A stretch of 64,000 bases of DNA, from the NCBI RefSeq assembly GCF_009914755.1, contig NC_060930.1. One strand, given 5' to 3'. Source of the stretch: the human T2T-CHM13v2.0 reference genome, Homo sapiens. Of this stretch, positions 42,756 to 60,524 are shown piece by piece. Below the pieces are notes generated by a model that worked only from the letters and a program-made list of their open reading frames with translations, ran no database searches and was not told the DNA's origin. Within the stretch, counting starts at the first letter, position 1, and every line of letters begins with the position of its first letter. A program made the translations under genes and the position numbers.

Positions 42756-44112
42756 CCATATTTTGTTATTTTGAGAGATTATTCTACTTCATAATTTGGA
42801 ATGCATTTCTGATTTTCTTGTTGGAAATGGAAAAATGACTATTTTAGGTTGAATCCATTCTTAATTATCCCCTGATACTTCGTTTAGGACATTTCTGGAT
42901 TACTTTTTCTCTTCCTGTTCCTTTTCTCTTTTTTTCCAGTCCTTTCATGACAGATAAATGTTGGTTGGATAAACCAAGGAGTTGGTACATATCCCAAGAA
43001 TGCAAATTCATTTTGATATTAAATTTAAAAACATATTCCAAGGAAGGTAAATTCAACCCACCCACCCCCTACCTCAAACACTATGGGTGCTGGTTCCCAT
43101 TCTCTCTTCTCTTGACCCATCCTCTGTAGCATGAGCATTAGCCACGTGTCAGAAGAGTTACAGTCACTAGAAAGCTACCTAGAAATCAGAATTCCCTCTT
43201 CTTTCAATTGTTTTTGAAAGTTAAGTCATCATAGGGCACACCTTCTGAAATCCACAGTCTGTAATGAATGTAAACACAGAATGTGCATTTGTGAACTGTG
43301 CCCCAAAGGGTTGGCTTTCTAGATTCCAAAAAAGGACAAACATTTTCAGATGTTGAATGCACAGTGATGTCAGACATCATTAGTGACAGCTCATTTCTGC
43401 ATTTTGTGGTTGGACTCTAAACTATGTTATCCCAGAAGAAGTGTCTCCATCTTGCCCTGGATTTGGTGGGAGAAGGATCTGACACAGGGAGCTTTGCCCC
43501 TGAAAACAGCACTGTGGCAGCTGGAAATGACCTTATATGGTAGCTTCGCTTTACACTCCCTGTCCCAGAAAGATCCGTATGGAATGTGGTGACTTTTGAT
43601 GCTGATAAGGACATTCCACAGGAGAATGCTGGGGTCGGGTAGACGAAGGATCCCTGTGAACGGTTACCCATTAACACTGGCTCTGGTTTCACACCAGTGA
43701 AGAGTGGCAGTCGGCATAGTTTTCATTAGTCAGACATTATAACCTGAGTTTGGCCTATTTTTCTTTGAAACATTTGGAATTGTCAAGCCAAAATGCATTT
43801 CCTATGGAGTGAGTGAGTTTGCCTCTGCCAGCCTTTCCATGTGATAGTTTATTATTATAGAGGTGACATGGGCACCCAGAGTCCCTGGCAAGCTATTGTT
43901 TTTCTTTGCTAAGAACAGCAGGAAGAGACAAAAAAAAGTCCTTCAGAAAATAATTTATCTAGACTTTTGCAAGGCAATGAGAAAATGAATTGCCATTAGG
44001 CTGAGCAATCTACCCTGTATCACTGAGGATAGAAAATGTCTCAGAAGGTCACTCATGTCTAAGAAGTTTCACGTGGATCTTGGTACAATTGTGGCTTAAA
44101 ATGTGAAGTTCA

Positions 44113-44426
<314 letters not shown>

Positions 44427-44672
44427 TCAGGGGTTCAGAGAAAATCCCTTCCCCTCATAAGTGAGGAATGAAGAATGGAAGCACTCTGAGGACACTTCCA
44501 TGCAGACAGTCAGATGGACACACCCAGTAGAGTGGCTTTGTAATATTGCACTGTCTATCATAGGACACTTCCCAGCTGCCAGACACAGAGTTTCTCTTGG
44601 GCTCAGCCCAGTTTTTCATCTTTGTGTTGCCAGCACCACGGCACCCTGCACAGCACATAGCAGGTGTTCAAG

Positions 44673-44762
44673 CTTCCTCCCTTCCCCGTCTTCCTCTTTT
44701 ACCTCCCCTTCCCCGTCTATCCTCCCCTTTCTCCCTCCCTTTCCCCCGCTTCCCTCAACCCT
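44673..44762. repeat. CT-rich polypyrimidine tract
   Basis: About 90 nt almost purely C/T, with nine C-runs of 3 or more. Confidence 0.85.
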
Positions 44763-44949
44763 CATCTACGGAGTGCTTCTTATATCCCAGGCACTGTGCC
44801 CAAGCCTGGTGCATGGTGAATTTCAGCAACATGCATCTCCTAAATATTAAGAAAAAAAATCCCCCGACTAAGAACCTTTGGTTTTTAACCTCATTCTGTG
44901 CTATTTTCAGTAACTTCTGGTTTCCACACTAAAAAAATTTGCAGTCATT

Positions 44950-45530
44950 ATTTATTGAGCATGATCTACAGACCAGGCCTAGTAATAGTCACCTAATTCA
45001 TTAATTCACTTACCCATTCACAACTATTTATTGAGTACCTATTGCATGTTAAGTGCTGGAATTACAGCAGTGAATAAACACACAAAGACTCCTGAAGCTC
45101 ATGAGTGTCCAATTACTTGCATTACCTGTATTAAAACTTATATTATTCATGATCCTCATGAAGCTTCCGGTGGGGTGAAGGGAGAGAAGCAATATGTAAG
45201 CAAACAATAAACATGTATGACATCAGGAGGTAATCCATAACATAAAAATGTAATGACACGGGGGCACTGGAGAGAACTACAGCAGGTCCTATGAAAGCTG
45301 GGGGAAAAGCATGATAGCCAGAGGGAACAACCGGTGCAAAGGCACTGGGGCAGAGAGCGCCTGTGTGTTCGGGATTGTGTTTTGGCTGGAGCAGAGGTGT
45401 TGAGGGGGAAGTGATCAGAGATGAGATCACACAGCTGGCAGGGGTGATGTCTCCTACAGTTTCATAAACCACTCTAAGGACCTGGCTCTCCCTCTGAGTC
45501 AAATGGGAAGCCAGTAAAAAAATTTGAACA
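44950..45530 (-). mobile_element. L2 remnant
   Basis: ttattgagtacctattg...acagcagtgaataaa and purine-rich antisense body. Confidence 0.65.
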
Positions 45531-45534
45531 AAGC

Positions 45535-45875
<341 letters not shown>

Positions 45876-46295
45876 TTAAGTCCTCGGGTCTTGGGCAAGG
45901 CTACTATTTTGGAATTATGCCTCTGTTTCTTGCTAGTTGTGTGACTGAGGTTAAGTTACTCAACTTCTGTGCACCTTCTGTGTGACAACCATACCTACCC
46001 CTTGAGTCGTTATAAGGGTTATATAAATTAATATTTGTAAAGTACATATTTGTTAAGTGTACAAAATGAATGGATTTTTAAAAATCACTTAAAATGTACT
46101 AGATAATTATGAACTGCTTTTGGACAATTAATCAAGTGACTTCCCTAAGGGCACAGATCATAGATGAACAGGTCAGGATCCACACCCAGGTCTATGTGAC
46201 CCTGAAACCCATATTTTTAGCATACAGCGTGGCACCTGCCTCTTTCCTCTGCAATCTCAGCTGCTGGAGCCATCATTAATTAGATAGTAACAGGG

Positions 46296-47062
<767 letters not shown>

Positions 47063-47966
47063 AATGCTGTCTTTAGTTATCCTCAATATTTTATGCACTC
47101 AAAGAAGCCTTTGCCAAATGTCTAGTGAAGACACAGTGCTAGACTCCTTCCCTAGGGAAGGCAGCTGGGTTTTGTGCAGTTTCTATGTTGTCCAAACCCT
47201 TTGCCCCAGGAGTGGGTGAGAAGCTGCAGCAAGTCACTTACAATGAAGGGTGATTGCGAGTAGGAGTGATCACCTAGGTCTCTGATGTGTGCTAATTTCC
47301 TCCTGTAATTAACCTGTCAACACTGTCTGTTAATAAACCTAGGGGGTTGCCAACATTGATCAAATACAACACGAGGAAATTGGATCCTATGGAAAAAATG
47401 TCACATCAAAGTTTCAGAAGCATTTAAAAAAATCTGTTCTGATTCTGCTGAGTTTTTAAGTCAGACAAATCATTCCTGATGAGTTAAGATTGCTGGCACC
47501 TGGGTCGTCTGGTGAGGCACCTCGTTTTGATTGCCCGTTGCATAGTTTCATTTCAGCCTAAGATCTTAATTCCTGCAAATGATTTCCCTAGCATATATGA
47601 TGAAAAGTAATGTGCCTGCTGAAGATGGATTTAACCATATTTAGCTATTGGAAAGACCTTGTCAGGAACCATCTTTATTCATTTTTTAAATGTTTGTATA
47701 GTGGCATATGAATGTTCAATAAATATAATTTTCATGATCACACAATATTTTCTCTTAACCTTGATCTCTTCTCCTAGATTATTTAAATTCCCTATGTTAA
47801 TAATAGAAAAAAAGGACCTATAATTGCTATTGAATTCCTGCAGTTTACACACTGTGCTAGAAATACCTGTCAAATTTCCCTGTAACTGCTGTGAAACAGC
47901 CTCAGAAGCCAGCGGGGCCACCAGCAGAAGGTCTGATACCTTCTACCTCACAATTAATCTAGATTT

Positions 47967-48087
47967 GGCGGGGCATGGTGGCTCACACCTGTAAATCCGA
48001 GAACTTTGGGAGGCCAGGGCAAGGGGCTTACTTTAGTCCAGGAGTTCTAGACCAGCCTGGGCAATACAGCAAGAACAGTCTCTACAA

Positions 48088-48138
<51 letters not shown>

Positions 48139-48293
48139 TAGCCAGGTGTGGCGGTACATGACCGTGGTCTCAGCTTCTCTGGAGGCTGAGGTTGGAGGAT
48201 TGTTTGAGCCCCAGGGGGTCAAGGCTGCAGTGAGCTGTGATCACACCACTGCACTCCAGCCTGAGACTCTGTCTCAAAAAAGAAAAAAAAAAA
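47967..48293 (+). mobile_element. AluJ with (AAT)17 in the middle A-rich linker
   Basis: TSD aatctagattt at 47956-47966 and 48294-48304; (AAT)17 at 48088-48138. Confidence 0.92.
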
Positions 48294-48889
48294 AATCTAG
48301 ATTTATGGATCATGGATGTGGAAGAATCAGACCTTGCTTTGAATTCAGCTCTGTCACTCACTATACCAGTTTCAGAAATACCTTCTGAGGGCCATGCTCC
48401 CTAAAAATAATTTTAATAAAGAGTATAGACAGTTTACTTCTTAAAAAGCAATTTATTATCTGAAAGAAGGAAAGTTCATAGTGATTATTCTGGTCAATGC
48501 TTCATTCATGTTGATATTTCCATAGATAATAGTAGTTAATTTTTGGTAGTTGTTGATTTACATGTTTCATTAACTTAGCTACATGCCTTGTAGCACCTAA
48601 CACCTCACCCTTTTTGAGCAATTTCTCAGGAAAAGATTGGTGATGACTTTGTTTTGTACAGCTGACTCATCACCCCAAACTCGCCCTGTGATGAGCCCTG
48701 GGAACCCTTGCAACCTTGATGACAGCAGTCAGGAAGTATATGCAGTTAAGCAATTCCCATAGAAGGGAAGTGAAGCAGTGGGTCACCTGATACTGGAGTC
48801 TCATAACCAGACTCGCGAAGTAGGAAGGAAGCCTCCTTGCAGGGCGGTTCCACCACAGTATGAGCGGCCACAGAAAAAGTTACCCTGAG

Positions 48890-49274
48890 TGTTCCGTGCT
48901 GCACCGCGTCACCCAGCCCCACATTCATATGTTGAAGTCCCAAACCCTAGTACTTCAGAGTATGATCGTATTTGGAGATGAGTCTTTAAAGAGATAATTC
49001 AGTTAAAATGGGATCCTGGGAGTGGGCTCTAATCCAGTTTAAATGGCGTCCTTAGAAGAAGAGGAGAGGGGGACACAGACACACACAGAGGGAATCCCAT
49101 GTGAGGACATAGGGAGAAGGTGCCATCTACCAGCCAAGGAGGGAGGCTTCAGAATGAACCAGCTCTGCTGACACCTGATCTCAGACTCCTCCAAAACAGT
49201 GAGAAAATAAACTTCTGTGGCCTAAGGTGCACCATCTGTGATGTTTGTTACTGAAGCCCTATCTGACTAATACA
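48890..49274 (+). mobile_element. MLT1A/B-like MaLR solo LTR
   Basis: attcatatgttgaagtcc...gtatttggagat...agccaaggagggaggcttcaga...gactaataca. Confidence 0.82.
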
Positions 49275-49349
49275 GTGGGTGTTGCGTTTATGCAACCTTT
49301 TCCTTCATAGAATGCAGAGGGATTAATCTCCTACTTCTTGCCTGTTTTC

Positions 49350-50012
<663 letters not shown>

Positions 50013-50343
50013 AATATTAATAATAATCATCATAATACTTAATGTGAATTGAGCAATATGTGCCAGATACTAAGTGCTTTACGTGTATTGGTTCATTATA
50101 CATGCATAGATACACTTAATGTAGTATAGCTTAATTAATTATGTTAATTAATATATGAATTACTTCATGGTTAAAATAAAAATATTCCTGTGTGGTTAAA
50201 AAATGTTTGATTTCTTTCCTCTTTGTTATATATTGTGGGAGTGAAGGAACTCCTCTAAAAGCAGAGTAGGCAGTGATAAAGCTTGTAGGGAAACTTTGAT
50301 TCAGGACAAAGAAAGATTTGTCTTTTCAGAAAGGTGGTTATAT

Positions 50344-50494
50344 AGCCGGGTGTAGTGGTGGGCGCTTGTAAGCCCAGCTACTCGGAGAATCGCTTGAACC
50401 TAGGAGATGGAGGTTGCAGTGAACCAGGATCGTGCCACTGCACTCCAGTCTGGGCAACAGAGCCAGACTCTGTCTTAAAAAAAAAAAAGAAAAA
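50344..50494 (+). mobile_element. Alu right-arm fragment with internal deletion
   Basis: agccgggtgtagtgg...ctactcggagaatcgcttgaacc...poly(A). Confidence 0.85.
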
Positions 50495-51489
50495 GGAGTT
50501 TATGGTACATGTGAACTAGTATTTACTAGTTACCAATGATTCAGTCCTTACCCTGTGGGAGGCACAATCCCTTCCTCAGCCAACCAGGGAAGGAATGGAT
50601 AAAACAATCTGCAAGGTAGAAAGTGCAGAAATGAAATGCAAAGACTGGATTACAAAGCACGTTATGCCTCCGTCCAAACACTCCCTACGTTTCTCACCAT
50701 AGCCTTCAAGATAAGAAAGAGCTTTTGATTCGCTGGTATAATTTTGAAGCAGATAATTTCTTGAAAATATTCGATTTTAATCTTGGTTGCTTTTGTGTTT
50801 TGTGATCCTTATTGATTACCTATTTCAGCATAGTTAGAGTAGTTTAAAGTTGCTAGGGTCAATTATAATGTAAAAGCCATCAATAATGCTGTTAGATGTT
50901 TTAAAAAAATAGAAAAAAATCTAGTGAAAAGCTATGATTTGAAAGTATAACAGCTGTGAAATTGCTACCTTTCCTCCTTCTGCTCATTCATCATCTCCCG
51001 GCTTGCAGTATGTTGGAGACAGCGTCTGGGGACTGAATTGAATAATTTGAAGGGGGGAAATGATACACCTTTGTAAATTAAACACAACTGCCAGGAAGAT
51101 TGATTAAATACAACTTAACTGAAACCTCATTATAGATTCAGATGAAGTTCCTCATCAGTCTTTCTACAGAAAAAAAGAAGAAACAGCTCCCAAATCTGGA
51201 TGTGGTTTCCCCTGGAATAGATCTCACTTTTTAAGAAGTTTTCCTTCTGTGGTGTTAAAAAAAATCATTTTTTTTCTGCTGCTGTTTTAGAAATCCTGAA
51301 AAGTCATAATGCCCGATAAATGAATGCCCCATTTATGAGTCACATTTACTTTTACATATATATGTGGGAGACTCCCTAGAGGTGTATCTGAAGATTACTA
51401 ATGGAAAATCTTGATTTATTAACTCAGGGGAAGCTACATAGACTGTCTCCAAGAGTTCTGTACTCCTCTCTCTTATAAGAGTACTTTGA

Positions 51490-51970
<481 letters not shown>

Positions 51971-52520
51971 TATTGCCCGATTTTGAAAACTAAAAATGAT
52001 GCATTTTCACCATAAAGAAATATCATGTAATGCAGGAAAGAGCAAAGAAGAAACTAACAAATCCCACAAAATCACATCTCCCCAAGGAAAAAAAATTAGT
52101 TTGGTCCATGGTGAACATCATTCTAGATGTCACTTTAAGCCTATATTGCAAAGTAAAATGCTTTCAGGAGTCAAGAGGAACTTCCATGGTTGAGACTGAT
52201 GTGAGGAGACTCATTCAATCCTCTCAGTCTACCTTGAGCCTTTCCACATGGTATGGAGAAATATTTCTGTACCCTAAAAAAAATTTTTTTTAAACTACAG
52301 GGCAAGCAAGATGATATATAGCAACCAATGCTTTCCTTGTTGGGAGAACAATAAGAGTGATGGCACCTCTGGCAAACTGAAGAAGACATGCCCCGTCCGG
52401 AGGGCACAGGTATTTCTCAGGTAAAGTAGGTGATTGCCAAGTGGCAATGTGGTCCCAGTGTTGTCAGAACTTCTGTTCTGCTAGAAGTGAGACATTTGAC
52501 TTCGTACTAGAAACTTTCTA

Positions 52521-52887
<367 letters not shown>

Positions 52888-52932
52888 TCACTGCTATTTG
52901 TTAGGGACAGTTAGATAAATGGATGGATAGAA

Positions 52933-53114
52933 AGATCTATAGATAAATAACCAGCAAGTCAAATGATTATTTAAAAATAAAGTAATTCTATAGAAGCTAC
53001 TTACTTTTTAAAAATCACAATAGATCTATATATAAATAACCAGCAAGTCAAATGATTGTTTAAAAATAAAATAATTCTATAGAAGCTACTTACTTTTTTA
53101 AAAAAAATCACAAT
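52933..53114. repeat. About 89-bp tandem duplication (2 copies)
   Basis: 52933-53021 aligns with 53022-53114; 3 substitutions plus homopolymer length differences. Confidence 0.92.
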
Positions 53115-53142
53115 TTTACTTAAACTTGATAGAAGAAAAACA

Positions 53143-53475
<333 letters not shown>

Positions 53476-53925
53476 CTAAACTTCATTAAGCATTTCTTCA
53501 CCATCAAAGAGTCTTCTAAACTTAAGAAAATTATTGTGGAAAACATGAGATTGGAGACTTAATTATTACAATAAATGATCACTGTATTTTTAACTACAGG
53601 TATATGCTTTAGTTTAAGACTATACAGATTGACTTCCTACTTTTAGAAGATTTCTACTCCTTAAATAATTTTTCCTTGGTTTGTCCCAAGACTATCTTAT
53701 CAGCCTTAGTCCACTTTTCTCAGAATGGTAGGGAATTATGAGAATCTCATAATGTGAAGTGGTCTTCCTTCCTTAGTACTTCTTCCGGAGGCGGAACCAT
53801 AGCACTTCTGAATCTTCTGTTTCTTTTCATAGACTGTACTCTTTGATGTTTATGGAATAATGCTATGCCCTTTCCTTATTTGGTTGTTGCTAGAGAATTT
53901 TTTGCATTCTTAAAAACCACTTTTC

Positions 53926-54224
53926 AGCCAGGTGCAGTGGCTCATGCCTGTAATCCCAGCACTTTGGGAGGCTGAGGTGGGAGGACTGCTTGAGCTCAGG
54001 AGTTTGAGACCAGCCTAGCAGATCCCCGTCTCTACAAAAAATATAAAAATTAGCCAGGTGTGGCGGTGTGTGCCTGTAATCCCAGCTACTTGGGAGGCTG
54101 AGGTGGGAGGATTACTTGGGCCCAGGGTGTCAAGGCTGCAGTGAGCTGTGATTGTGCCACTGCCCTCCAGCCTGGGTGACAGAGTGAGAACCTGTCTCAA
54201 ATAAATAAAGAAATTAAATAAAAC
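53926..54224 (+). mobile_element. AluJ
   Basis: Dimer with a short left-arm deletion. Confidence 0.9.
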
Positions 54225-54930
54225 AATTTTTCATATAGAGGTATCAAAGCAAGTGGTTTTTATAATCCTACAAGATTTTGCTGTATTTATCTAGAAACTT
54301 TTCTCAACTATCTTTAAAGCTAGTGTAATATTTACCAAGAAACTGTTATATGCAATCAATATTTATCATACCAGATAGTGTGACTCATAAAGTTTATTTT
54401 CAAGCACTTGTGGGTGTATCATTAATTTAGCAATCATATACTATCCTATATCATGCGGCTGTAATTACATGTCTGCATAGCCATATATACTATATATCAA
54501 TTTCCTGGGTTATTCGACAGTGGTGCCCCCAGTTACGTTTTTAAAATTTAATGTATTTTACGACTAAAATAGATCTTATAGATCAGTCAACTCTCATCTT
54601 ACAGATGATGCAATTGAAGCTCAGAGATCAATTTGAAAAGCTTTTAAGTCCTTCAAGGGACTGGAAATCACTCAAGCTTTTTGTACCCTCACTCCTTTTT
54701 TCATCTCTGGTGTGTAGAACCACACCTTGTGTGATTACAGATAGATCAAGCCCAATAAGAAATCTGCTGCCCTAAACTCCAGTATTGAGAGGCTGCTGGC
54801 GGTAAGTGAAGAGGCTTTCCACATTTTCAAACCAACCTTCCTGCCCATGACTTCATAAGCCTATGGATGCTGCTTACCTGTGTGTTAAGGTGTGGTAGGT
54901 GCCGGCCTTCATGGTCGGTGAAAATGTGTC

Positions 54931-55286
54931 TGTATTAGTCCGTTTTCATGCTGCTGATAAAGACAAAGCTGAGACTGCACAATTTACAAAAGAAAGAAGT
55001 TTAATTGGAAAATTAAACTTTTCCAATTGTGGCGGGGAAACCTCACAATCATGGCAGAAGGCAAGCAGGAGCAAGTCACGTCTTACATGAATGGCATCAG
55101 GCAAAGAAAGTGAGCTTGTGCAGGGGAACTCCTCTTTTTAAAACCATCGGATCTCATGAGACTATCACGAGAAAAGCATGGGAAAGACTTGCCCCCATGA
55201 TTCAATTACCTCCCACTGGGTCCCTCCCACAACACATGGGAATTCAAGATGAGATTTGGGTGGGGGGACACAGCCAAACCATATCA
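54931..55286 (-). mobile_element. THE1B/C-like MaLR solo LTR
   Basis: tgtattagtccgttttcatgctgctgataaagac...ccaaaccatatca, 356 bp; TSD gtgtc/gtatc. Confidence 0.9.
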
Positions 55287-55312
55287 GTATCTATCTCCAG
55301 ATTTTGTAGTAA

Positions 55313-55667
<355 letters not shown>

Positions 55668-56038
55668 GTGACTACCTGATTAAGAGAATTTCCCAATCTA
55701 GAAAGCTTTATCACCATTTGGAGATCAGAAGTCTGGATGAAAGAAAAGAACTACCTTATTTATCCCTCTGAGCATTTTATTTTATATAATATGCTTTTTA
55801 AAATATATTTTGACCAGATGCTCCCTCCTGCACCAACCCCTCCTCGCCACCAACACACATACATGCTCTTGTGTGTGGGATTTGTTGTTGTCGTTGTTGT
55901 TGTTTGGCTTTTGGCTTTTGTAAAAATAGGTGCTGTGGTCAGTACAAATAATCCAGTGGTCTTTCACTCATCACATTGACTCCTCACTCTCCATTCAAGA
56001 TGCTTTCATCTGACATTTAAAATTGTAGGCATAAGCAT

Positions 56039-56308
56039 CCCAGCACTTTGGGAGGCTGAGGCGAGCAGATCACGAGGTCAGGAGATCGAGACCATCCTGG
56101 CTAACATGGTGAAACCCCGTCTGTACTAAAAATAATACAAAAAATTAGCCTGGCCTGGTGATGGGCGCCTGTAGTCCCAGCTACTCAGGAGGCTGAGGCA
56201 GGAGAATGGTGTGAACCCAGGAGGCGGAGCTTGCAGTGAGCCAAGATCGTGCCACTGCACACTCCAGCCTGGGTGACAGAGCGAGACTCTGTCTCAAAAA
56301 AAAAAAAA
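56039..56308 (+). mobile_element. 5'-truncated AluY
   Basis: 20-bp TSD aaaat(t/c)gtaggcataagcat at 56019-56038 and 56309-56328. Confidence 0.93.
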
Positions 56309-56432
56309 AAAATCGTAGGCATAAGCATGCAGGTGACAGTCAGCCGTACCATCACATCCACATGTAACTATTTCCCTCATGGGAAGTAAATAACTTCTGA
56401 GTTTTTACTGAAGGACACAATGGTCCAATAGA

Positions 56433-56464
56433 TGTGTGTGTATGTGTGTGTCTGTGTGTGTGTG
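56433..56464 (+). repeat. Imperfect (TG)n microsatellite
   Basis: Direct reading. Confidence 0.9.
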
Positions 56465-56899
56465 GAACAATGTTCAACCAACCCTTGATACTTTACACTG
56501 AAGAAAAATTAAAAAGAGACCTAGAATGAAGAGGATTATCAATAATTTATTGAAGAAATTCTGTTCATTTTGATAAACATTCATTGTCAATTTATTTTAC
56601 ATTAGGAATAGTGCTATACTTCCAGCCCTGTTACTCACATCCTTCAGCATCTACATAAATTATCCATCCAAAACCCTGGCTTCCCAGTTCCCAGACCCCT
56701 TTATGCCCACTCATTTGTTTCTCCACCACACCTTTGCTATATATTCTCAAGGCTTTTCAATATCTATAACTACACCACCTCAGCAATCCCCATTTTAAGT
56801 GCCCTGTCTCTGATTACAGCCTCCAGGCTTTCCCTAATGTGCCCACTCCAACACTATCTTGACTTCCCAGATACTGCCAATCCATTGGCATTATTTTAA

Positions 56900-57560
56900 A
56901 ACATCATTATTATTTTGAAATATGTCAAGAATCATTTCACACATACAAACAATATAAAGAATAACACAGCAGTCATATATCTACTATCTAACTATAGATA
57001 TAAAATATTACCAAGAGCATTAAACCCCATTACATAGCCTTCCCAACTACATCCCCTAGATAACTACTATCTAAACTTTGTATTAATAACTACCATTCTC
57101 ACTCATTAATTTTTTTCTTTTATCTCTCTACAAAATACTGTTTCGTTTTGCATGCTTTTAAACTTATAATTACTGGGATCATACAGACTGTATTCCTTTA
57201 TGACTTCCTTTTATTTTCTCTTGATGGAATGTGAGAGTCGTCCCTGCTGGCCTGCAGCACTAGTTCATCATTTTCACTTCCACGTGTTATTATACGGTGT
57301 GAATATACCATCATTATTTAAAACACATGTTTCTGTTGATGGGCGTTTGGTTCTCCCATTTGTTTGTTTTCAATTTCAAACGGTGCTACAGTGAACATTT
57401 TTGAACACCTCCCTGTGCACAGATAAATGTGTTTTTTTTCTGGAAGACATGGCCATGCCACGGGCATACTTATTTTCATCTTAACTGGTGCTGTCAGATT
57501 ATTTCCTGTGAATTCCCACCTTTTCCCCTTCAAGCAGCTCACGTCCTTGCTTCTTTTCTT
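56900..57560 (-). mobile_element. Old L1ME-like 3' remnant
   Basis: ataactactatctaaactttg, ggtgtgaatataccatc, tgttgatgggcgtttgg. Confidence 0.6.
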
Positions 57561-59245
57561 GCCCAGGTTAGATTCCCTGAAGCATCACTAAGTGATTCCT
57601 TTCCATATATTGTGGCCACCTGACCTTCCCTCTTTCACTGAGCCTTCCTAGCAAAGCCCCGTCTTTGGCTTAATCCAATTCTTATTATTCTGAACTGAAT
57701 GTAGAGAATAACAGAGCTCTGCTGACTGATCCGCTGCACCCATGCGACCTCATGGGTGCCCTTACTTCTACCAGGCAGTCCCAGCTCATTCCCTAAACAA
57801 TTCTCTTTCCCAGACAACTGTTCACACCTTTCTCCTCCAACTTCTGTCTTCACTCTCAAATGATGACCGTTTCCCCTTCTTTTACAATACTATAAAAAGC
57901 AACCCGAGGAGAACTTTCATGTCTTCCCACCTCCTGATCAGTCAGCCTGCTGCCGGTGACCCTCTGCCGTCCCACCTGCCACAAAAGGGGAACTGTCTCT
58001 GATCCTGTCTAAAGCCAACCCCTCTTCTGAACACTGGGTTCCATCTGTCTGACACCGCTAAAGGTTTTTCTACTCTAATTTTCTCCACTGCTCCCATATC
58101 ACTATTTCCTCCCTTTCTTCAGGATCTGTCATTAGCATACAGACATGCTCTAATATTTCCCGTCTTAAAATAAAAATGTCCTATCCTCCTGTCTTCCACT
58201 TCCTCATGTATCTGCTTTGTTGTATGGTGAGCTCATCAAGAGTTATCTATACCGATTGTCTCTATTTCCTCATTCCTATCTGAGTTTTGACACACTCAGT
58301 GAAACCGCCATTGCCAAGCCATTGATAACCTCCATGTTACCAAATCCAATGATCAGCTCTCAGTTCTTATCAACTTTACAGCAACAGTTGAGCCAGCAAC
58401 CTCTGAATGTTCAGAGAGGCTGTAGCTCTGTTGCTGACCAATTCAAACTGGTCTGCAATTTGAGTTGAATCCTGGGAGTTGAGCCTTGAATCTGCAGCTC
58501 CACCTGATTTTCTTCACTAGGCTTCCAAGGCACTTTTCCTGTTATCCTCTCCCTGCCTTTGCCTCCCCACTGCGGCTTCTTCTCTGTTTCCTTTTCTGGA
58601 TCTTCTTTTCCTTCCTGGCCTCTAAATGTTTGAGTACCCCTAGGTACAGACCTCGCTTCTCGATCTACAGTCCACCGCCTGAAGCTCTCATCTGCCCCAT
58701 AGCTTTGAATACCATGAATATGCTGGTAACTCCCAAAAGCATATCAACAATCCCCTTTAAGGGACACTGATATGCACCCCTGTTTATACTCCACATCTTT
58801 ACTTGGATATCAATGGGCATGCGTACCAAACAGGATTCTAGGTTCTTCCCTCCTGTTTGTCCACAAATAGCTCTACCCTCCACCTAGTTTCCCAGACCAC
58901 AAACCTGGGAGTCATCCTTGATTCCTCTTTTTATCTCACATCCCACAACCAATCTGTTAGCGTGTCTTGTCATCCCAAATTAGCATATGTCCCCTGACTC
59001 TGACCCATTTTCAGAACCTTCCCTACCAGCATCCTAGTCCAAGCCACTTTCCCTCTCCCAAGCTACTGCAGCAGCCTCCTAAAGATCTCCCTGCCTCCAT
59101 TCTTGACCCTACACAGCATGCTTACAGAAAATCAGGCCAGTCTTTTCTTGTTTCCTTTCATCTTCCGAAATATTTATTGAGGTATAACATATGTTCCGTA
59201 AGGGGTTCAAATCTTAATGTTCAACTCAGTTTTTACAGATGCATT

Positions 59246-59937
<692 letters not shown>

Positions 59938-60361
59938 TTGTATGTGGAACATCTGTGAGGATATAGACCACTTCTAGCACCCCAGAAACCTCAACCATGA
60001 CCTCTCCCAGTCTATAACTCCCAAATGTAACAAATGTGACTTCTATCATGATAGATGACCTCCACTTTTTTGAACTTCGTATGAATGGAGAAATACTGAA
60101 TGTATTCTTTCATATTTGGTTTCTTTCATCTCTTCATTAGGTCTGAAAAAAATTTCTTCTCTTGTATTTAGCTGTACCTTGTGATTTTTCTTTGCTGTTA
60201 TCTTCCATTGTATGAATATACCACAATTTATTTATCCTTTGTAAAGTTAAAGAACATTTGGTCTATTTTTTAGCTTGGGGCTATTATGAGTAAATATGCT
60301 ATGAATGCTCTTGTACACGATTTTTAGTGAACAGAAGCTGTTATTTCTTTGGGGTATATTT

Positions 60362-60524
60362 TTCAAATTTTTCTATTTATTTTTAGCTTTATTTATTTAT
60401 TTATTTAGAGATGGGGGTCTCATTTTATTGCCCACGCTGGTCTCAAACTCCTGGCCTCAAGTGATCCTTCCATCTCTGCCTCCCCAAGTGCTGGGATTAC
60501 AGGTGTGAGCCACTGAACCTGGCC
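60362..60524 (-). mobile_element. Alu monomer (FLAM)
   Basis: Single arm with TTTA tail; TSD tctttgggg(g)tatattt. Confidence 0.87.

Noticed and set aside
47975-48388. 137-aa ORF with poly-Ile run resembling a transmembrane segment
   Set aside because: Translation of an AluJ and its (AAT)17 microsatellite.
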